Shown one piece after another: positions 59,644 to 64,000 of a stretch of 64,000 nucleotides of DNA; position 1 is the stretch's first letter; each line of letters opens with the position of its first letter. Under the pieces are notes generated by a model, which saw nothing but the letters and a program-made list of their open reading frames with translations, was not told where the DNA came from and ran no database searches. Origin of the DNA: Cyanobacteria bacterium P01_A01_bin.123 (lineage in GTDB: Bacteria; Cyanobacteriota; Cyanobacteriia; Phormidesmidales; Phormidesmidaceae); assembly GCA_039815185.1 (NCBI GenBank), contig JBCBZT010000017.1, positions 1 through 64,000 of the forward strand, given 5' to 3'. Made by a program: the position numbers and the translations under genes.

Positions 59644-60948
59644 ATGGCTAAGATCTCTCGTCGTAAACTGATCCAAACTGGTCTCGCGGCAGGTGCATTT
59701 GTAACCGCAACGCGCTGTGCGGCTCCCGAAGGGACCCCAGATAACCCGGCTACTGGGCCTGAGGTCAACACCAACGCCTCTAAAGATGTCACCCTGCGTT
59801 TCATTGGTACTGGTGTGTCTCAAATCAACGAGATCCGTGACAAAGCCCAAGAAGATCTAGGCTTTAAGCTGGAAATGCGGGCCTTGAGTACCGAAGAAAA
59901 TAACCAAATTGCCATTACCCAACCAGGACAATACGACGTCTTTGATGGGGAATATTTCAGCTTGCCATTGGTGGTGCCCTCGGGTAACTTGCAACCCATC
60001 GACGTTAAGCGGATTACAAACTTTGACAAGATTGTCTCCTTCTTTACCACAGGCAAATTCGAAGGCATGCCTGTAGAGGGGTCTCAAGGGACTGCCCCCT
60101 ACAAGGTGATGTATCTCCAAGGCCCCGATTCTGCGGAATTTTCAGAAACGCCGACGGACTCCGCTACCCTGATTCCCTTCCAGTACAACGCCGATACCCT
60201 AGGCTACCGCCCTGACATTGTGGGTCGCACCATCGAAACCTGGGGTGAATTGTTCAACGAAGAATTCAGGGGCAAGACCTCCATCCTTGATATTCCTCAA
60301 ATCGGCATCATGGATGCGGCAATGGTGGTTGAATCCCTCGGGTTAATGTCCTTTGGCGACAAAGGAGCCATGACCAAAGAAGAAATCGACCAGCTCACGG
60401 AAATCCTCAAAGAGCAAAAGGCTAATGGTCAGTTCCGTGCCTTTTGGAAGACCTTTGATGAATCAGTCAACTTGATGACCTCCGGTGAAGTCGTGCTGCA
60501 ATCCATGTGGTCACCAGCGGTGACGGCGGTACAGTCCCAAGGGATTGAATGTATCTATGCCCCACTGAAGGAAGGCTATCGCGGTTGGGGTGGCGGCATT
60601 GGCCTCTCCAAAAATCTAGAAGGCATGGCCCTAGACGCAGCCTATGAGTATATCAACTGGATGCTCGATGGCTGGGTGGGTGCTTTTCTAGGACGTCAGG
60701 GCTATTACAGCGCTGTACCTGAAACAGCCAAGACCTTTATGAGTGAAGCGGAATGGGCCTACTGGTATGAAGGGCAAGCTGCACCCGAAGACATTATTGA
60801 TCCCTTTGGTAAGACCTTAGCCAAGGCTGGTGCAGTCCGTGACGGTGGCACCTTTGAAGAACGCTTTGGCAACATTGTGGTGTGGAACTCGACGATGAGC
60901 GAGAACACCTATTTGGTGCAAAAGTGGAATGAGTTCATTGCATCTTAA
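59644..60948 (+). CDS. PotD/PotF-like ABC substrate-binding protein with Tat signal
   Basis: SRRKLI twin-arginine leader; MWSPAV, PLKEGYRGW, AYEYINW. Confidence 0.85.
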   Translation: MAKISRRKLIQTGLAAGAFVTATRCAAPEGTPDNPATGPEVNTNASKDVTLRFIGTGVSQINEIRDKAQEDLGFKLEMRALSTEENNQIAITQPGQYDVFDGEYFSLPLVVPSGNLQPIDVKRITNFDKIVSFFTTGKFEGMPVEGSQGTAPYKVMYLQGPDSAEFSETPTDSATLIPFQYNADTLGYRPDIVGRTIETWGELFNEEFRGKTSILDIPQIGIMDAAMVVESLGLMSFGDKGAMTKEEIDQLTEILKEQKANGQFRAFWKTFDESVNLMTSGEVVLQSMWSPAVTAVQSQGIECIYAPLKEGYRGWGGGIGLSKNLEGMALDAAYEYINWMLDGWVGAFLGRQGYYSAVPETAKTFMSEAEWAYWYEGQAAPEDIIDPFGKTLAKAGAVRDGGTFEERFGNIVVWNSTMSENTYLVQKWNEFIAS

Positions 60949-60962
60949 ATCTCAATTTCAAC

Positions 60963-61041
60963 CTTATTCACATCTGTGGGAATAAGATAGGGGCGATACA
61001 GGCGTTGCTCACACGACGCGATCGCCCCGCAAAAACTTTTT
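60963..61041 (+). terminator. Two hairpins after the substrate-binding protein gene
   Basis: cttattc...gaataag and ggggcgat...atcgcccc stems, then aaaaactttt. Confidence 0.4.
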
Positions 61042-62593
61042 ATGCCCAAATGGTTCAACACCGCTGGCCCCTGTCAAGCTGACATTCATTACATGCTCTC
61101 TCCCCTAGCTCAACTTGTGGCAGTCGAGCTAGGGGAGAGAGCAGCGGGGTTACTTTGTCATCCATGCCCCTCGGCAAGTGGGTAAAACCACCGCCATGCT
61201 AGCCTTGGCCCAGCAGCTCACAGAAAGCGGCAAATATACCGCCGTAATGGTCTCCGCTGAAGTAGGTGCGCCCTTTCCCAACGATCCAGGCACAGCAGAA
61301 GCCGCCATGCTCGACAACTGGCGGAATACGATCAAGTTTAGACTTCCTGCCGATCTCCAACCCCCGATGTGGCCCTCGACGACTCCAGGTCAGCGCATCG
61401 GTACAGCCCTGAGTGAATGGGCGCAACAGTCTCCTCGGCCCTTAGTTGTATTGATTGACGAGATTGACGCCCTCCGGGATGAAACGCTCCTTTCTATCCT
61501 CCGCCAATTGGGGTCAGGCTATCCCAATCGCCCCCAAGGATTTCCCCATGCGCTGGCGTTGGTTGGTGTGCGAGATGTAAGGGATTATAAAATTGCCTCT
61601 GGTGGTAGTAATCGCTTGAATACCGCTAGTCCGTTTAATATCAAAGTTGAGTCCTTGACCTTGCCCAACTTTACGATGGCAGAGGTTGTGGAGTTGTATG
61701 AACAGCATACGATTGAAACGGGGCAAATCTTCACACCTGAAGCGGTTGAGTGGGCATTTGAGTTGACTCAAGGTCAACCTTGGTTAGTGAATGCTCTAGC
61801 TCGACAACTTGTGGAAGTGCTAGTACAAAACCCACACCAGCACATCACTAAAGATTATGTGGAACAGGCTAAAGAAAGCCTGATTCAGCGCCAAGATACT
61901 CACTTGGATAGCTTGGCTAGCATTCTTCGAGAGAACCGTGTCCGAGCTGTGCTTGAACCAATGCTGGCAGGACAGGAGTTGGGTAATGTTCTCCATGACG
62001 ATGTGCAATTTTTAATCGATTTAGGGTTATGTCGCCTGAGTCCCCAAGGGGGGCTAGTGATCGCTAATTCCATCTATCAGGAAGTTTTGCCCCGAGTTCT
62101 GAGCCAAACACCCCAAGCGTCCTTACCGCAAATTGCCCCGAGTTGGCTAACCTCCGAGGGAACGCTAAATTCTGAGAAATTGCTCCAGGCATTTCTCAAC
62201 TTTTGGCGGCAGCACGGCCAACCTTTACTTAAGAGTGCGCCCTATCATGAGATTGCCCCCCATCTGGTTTTGATGGCGTTTTTACATCGGGTGGTGGACG
62301 GCGGCGGTACCCTAGAACGGGAATATGCGATTGGATCTGACCGCATGGATCTCTGTTTGCGTTACGGAGCGGTAACCTTGGGGATGGAATTGAAGGTGTG
62401 GCGAGAAGGCCGTCCTGATCCTCTTAAGGCAGGACTAGATCAGTTGGATCGGTATCTGGCTGGATTGGGTTTAAAGACGGGCTGGTTGGTGATTTTCGAT
62501 CAGCGTCCGGGGTTACTACCCATTTCCGAGCGCACCACGACTGAAGCAGCGACAACATCAGGCGATCGCTTGGTGATTGTCATTCGGGGTTGA
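61042..62593 (+). pseudogene. AAA-like ATPase with C-terminal PD-(D/E)XK-like domain, frameshifted near the 5' end
   Basis: ATG 61042 gives MPKWFNTAGPC...HYML, then stops; Walker A (HAPRQVGKT), Walker B (LIDEID) and RMDL...ELKVW lie in another frame; the shift maps to the 61094-61143 inverted repeat. Confidence 0.85.
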
Positions 62594-62706
62594 ATCAGAG
62601 CAGTTGAATGGGATGAGACCATAGGTTTAACGTTGTGTTTACGCATGAAACTCAAGGAAGCCCTATATTAAGTTTTGAATCAATTGAATTTTGAAATTGT
62701 GATGGA

Positions 62707-63378
62707 GTGTCCGTGGGGATTTGGTTGCAACGAATAGCCGGAATCGGTACTTTGAGTGGGGTACTGCTGAGCGCTTGTGGTCAGCTGAATACCCAACAGC
62801 TAGAAGCCGATATTGAGGCTGAGATCGAAGGCCAGGGACACCGGGTCTCTCTGCAATCGGTTCAGTGTCCTGACGGTATTACCCAACAAGAAGGGGTCGT
62901 TTTTTTCTGTGTGGGTGAGATAGACCCTGAAGGCAACTTCAATATCGAAGTGGTGCAAGAAGATAATCAGGGTGATGTGGCCTGGACTGTCGAAAGTTCT
63001 AGGGTGATTATCAATTTAGCGACCCTGGAGGCTGAACTCGAAACGGGGCTTGTGCAGGCGATCGGTCGGCGATCGCCCGTTGACTGCGGTGCGGCTTATC
63101 GGTTGAATCAGCCCAGTATTGCCTTCGAGTGCAATGTGGTGGGCGATCCCGTCCAAGGACAAGACCGAATCACAGCCATCTTGGTGACGACTGACGGACA
63201 AGGTAATGTCCAGTGGGAAGAAATTCGTCACACCCAGGCCCCTACCGAGGCAACAGATGAAGCCACGGATGAAGCGGGTGAAGCAACAGACGACACCTCA
63301 AACGCCAACCAATTAGAAAACGCTCAATCCGATCTCGCCGCTCAATCCAACGCAGTTGATTTATCCTCTGAAGACTAA
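62707..63378 (+). CDS. DUF4333-like lipoprotein
   Basis: Lipobox LSAC; two repeats V.C...F.C; acidic tail. Confidence 0.75.
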   Translation: MSVGIWLQRIAGIGTLSGVLLSACGQLNTQQLEADIEAEIEGQGHRVSLQSVQCPDGITQQEGVVFFCVGEIDPEGNFNIEVVQEDNQGDVAWTVESSRVIINLATLEAELETGLVQAIGRRSPVDCGAAYRLNQPSIAFECNVVGDPVQGQDRITAILVTTDGQGNVQWEEIRHTQAPTEATDEATDEAGEATDDTSNANQLENAQSDLAAQSNAVDLSSED

Positions 63379-63516
63379 TGACGACGACTCACCCCAACCG
63401 GGAGCCGCACCGATAGAATTGAGTTAAACCAGTCTTATCCACACGCTTACCTAGATTTAATTCGCCTCAAGGGTTTCTACCGATATTGTGGTTTGGAGTA
63501 GTTCCGTTAGTTGCCT

Positions 63517-64000
63517 ATGACGACTGTATTTGATTTTCTAGCCAAAGGTGGACCTGTAATGGTGCCTATCTTAGGCGCTTCAGTGTTTACCATTGCCACA
63601 GCGTTTGAGCGGGCTACTTTTTGGACGCGGTTACTCAAGCGGGAAGGCAAAATTGTCTCAGACGTCTTGGAAGCTGCCCGTCGAGATTTAGACGAGGCTG
63701 GCGCGATCGCGGCCCAAGCCCAGGACTTGCCCATTGGTCGCTTTCTACTGGCCCCACTCAAACTCAAAAATCCCTCCCCTGAAACCTTTCGTTTAGCCAT
63801 GGAAACCGCAGGCGATCGCGAGTTTGTAAAAATGCGCAAGGGCGACAAACTGCTGGAAACTGTTGTCGCAGTTGCTCCCTTGCTGGGTTTATTGGGGACG
63901 GTAACGGGGCTGATCGCCACCTTTGGTAGCCTCAATATCGGGGGTGGCGGCACTGGAGAACAGGCTTCTGAGGCGGCAGCCGGGATCGGGGAAGCGTTGA
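63517..64000 (+). CDS. exbB: MotA/TolQ/ExbB proton channel protein, truncated by the window end
   Basis: Own translation from ATG 63517: MTTVFDFLAKGGPVMVPI...APLLGLLGTVTGLI...GIGEAL. Confidence 0.9.
   Translation, partial: MTTVFDFLAKGGPVMVPILGASVFTIATAFERATFWTRLLKREGKIVSDVLEAARRDLDEAGAIAAQAQDLPIGRFLLAPLKLKNPSPETFRLAMETAGDREFVKMRKGDKLLETVVAVAPLLGLLGTVTGLIATFGSLNIGGGGTGEQASEAAAGIGEAL

Larger units (their letters stand above)
1..64000. repeat. HIP1 octamer GCGATCGC dispersed throughout
   Basis: Dozens of occurrences visible; established cyanobacterial signature. Confidence 0.95.

Noticed and set aside
61094..61143. Recombinase-driven phase-variation switch
   Set aside because: Flipping the 14-nt loop does not restore the frame, and no recombinase is nearby.
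63507..63953. 148-aa minus-strand ORF
   Set aside because: Antisense to exbB, which the track missed because it has no stop in the window.

Overview
Cyanobacterial chromosomal window, about 50% GC, with the HIP1 octamer GCGATCGC throughout. It holds about 55 genes and no rRNA, tRNA or CRISPR array. All family calls are from motif recognition by eye, not database searches. Main contents: the probable end of an IS1595-like element at the left edge; a 2092-aa Ser/Thr kinase-AAA-GAF-histidine kinase-receiver hybrid; a fermentation cluster (ldhA-ackA-pyk-histidine phosphatase-ZIP/CNB transporter, then an EF-hand gene and xfp); a TetR/SDR/GNAT module with two visible operators; a reduced slr0144-slr0152 (Pap)-like operon; thiE-thiS, nblB and cruP; an inverse autotransporter divergent from an extended signal peptidase I; a fused MNT-HEPN gene; an ABC uptake pair beside an allophanate-hydrolase-C-like gene; and a truncated exbB. 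Most notable: (1) a ZIP-family transporter with two cyclic-nucleotide-binding domains in its central loop, at the end of the fermentation gene run; (2) two small membrane-protein paralogs 41 kb apart that also share upstream DNA; (3) a decayed second xfp 3' end rich in synonymous changes, suggesting allele replacement; (4) an AAA-nuclease gene frameshifted by a reconstructable template switch; (5) a three-copy 105-bp structured repeat with compensatory base changes.
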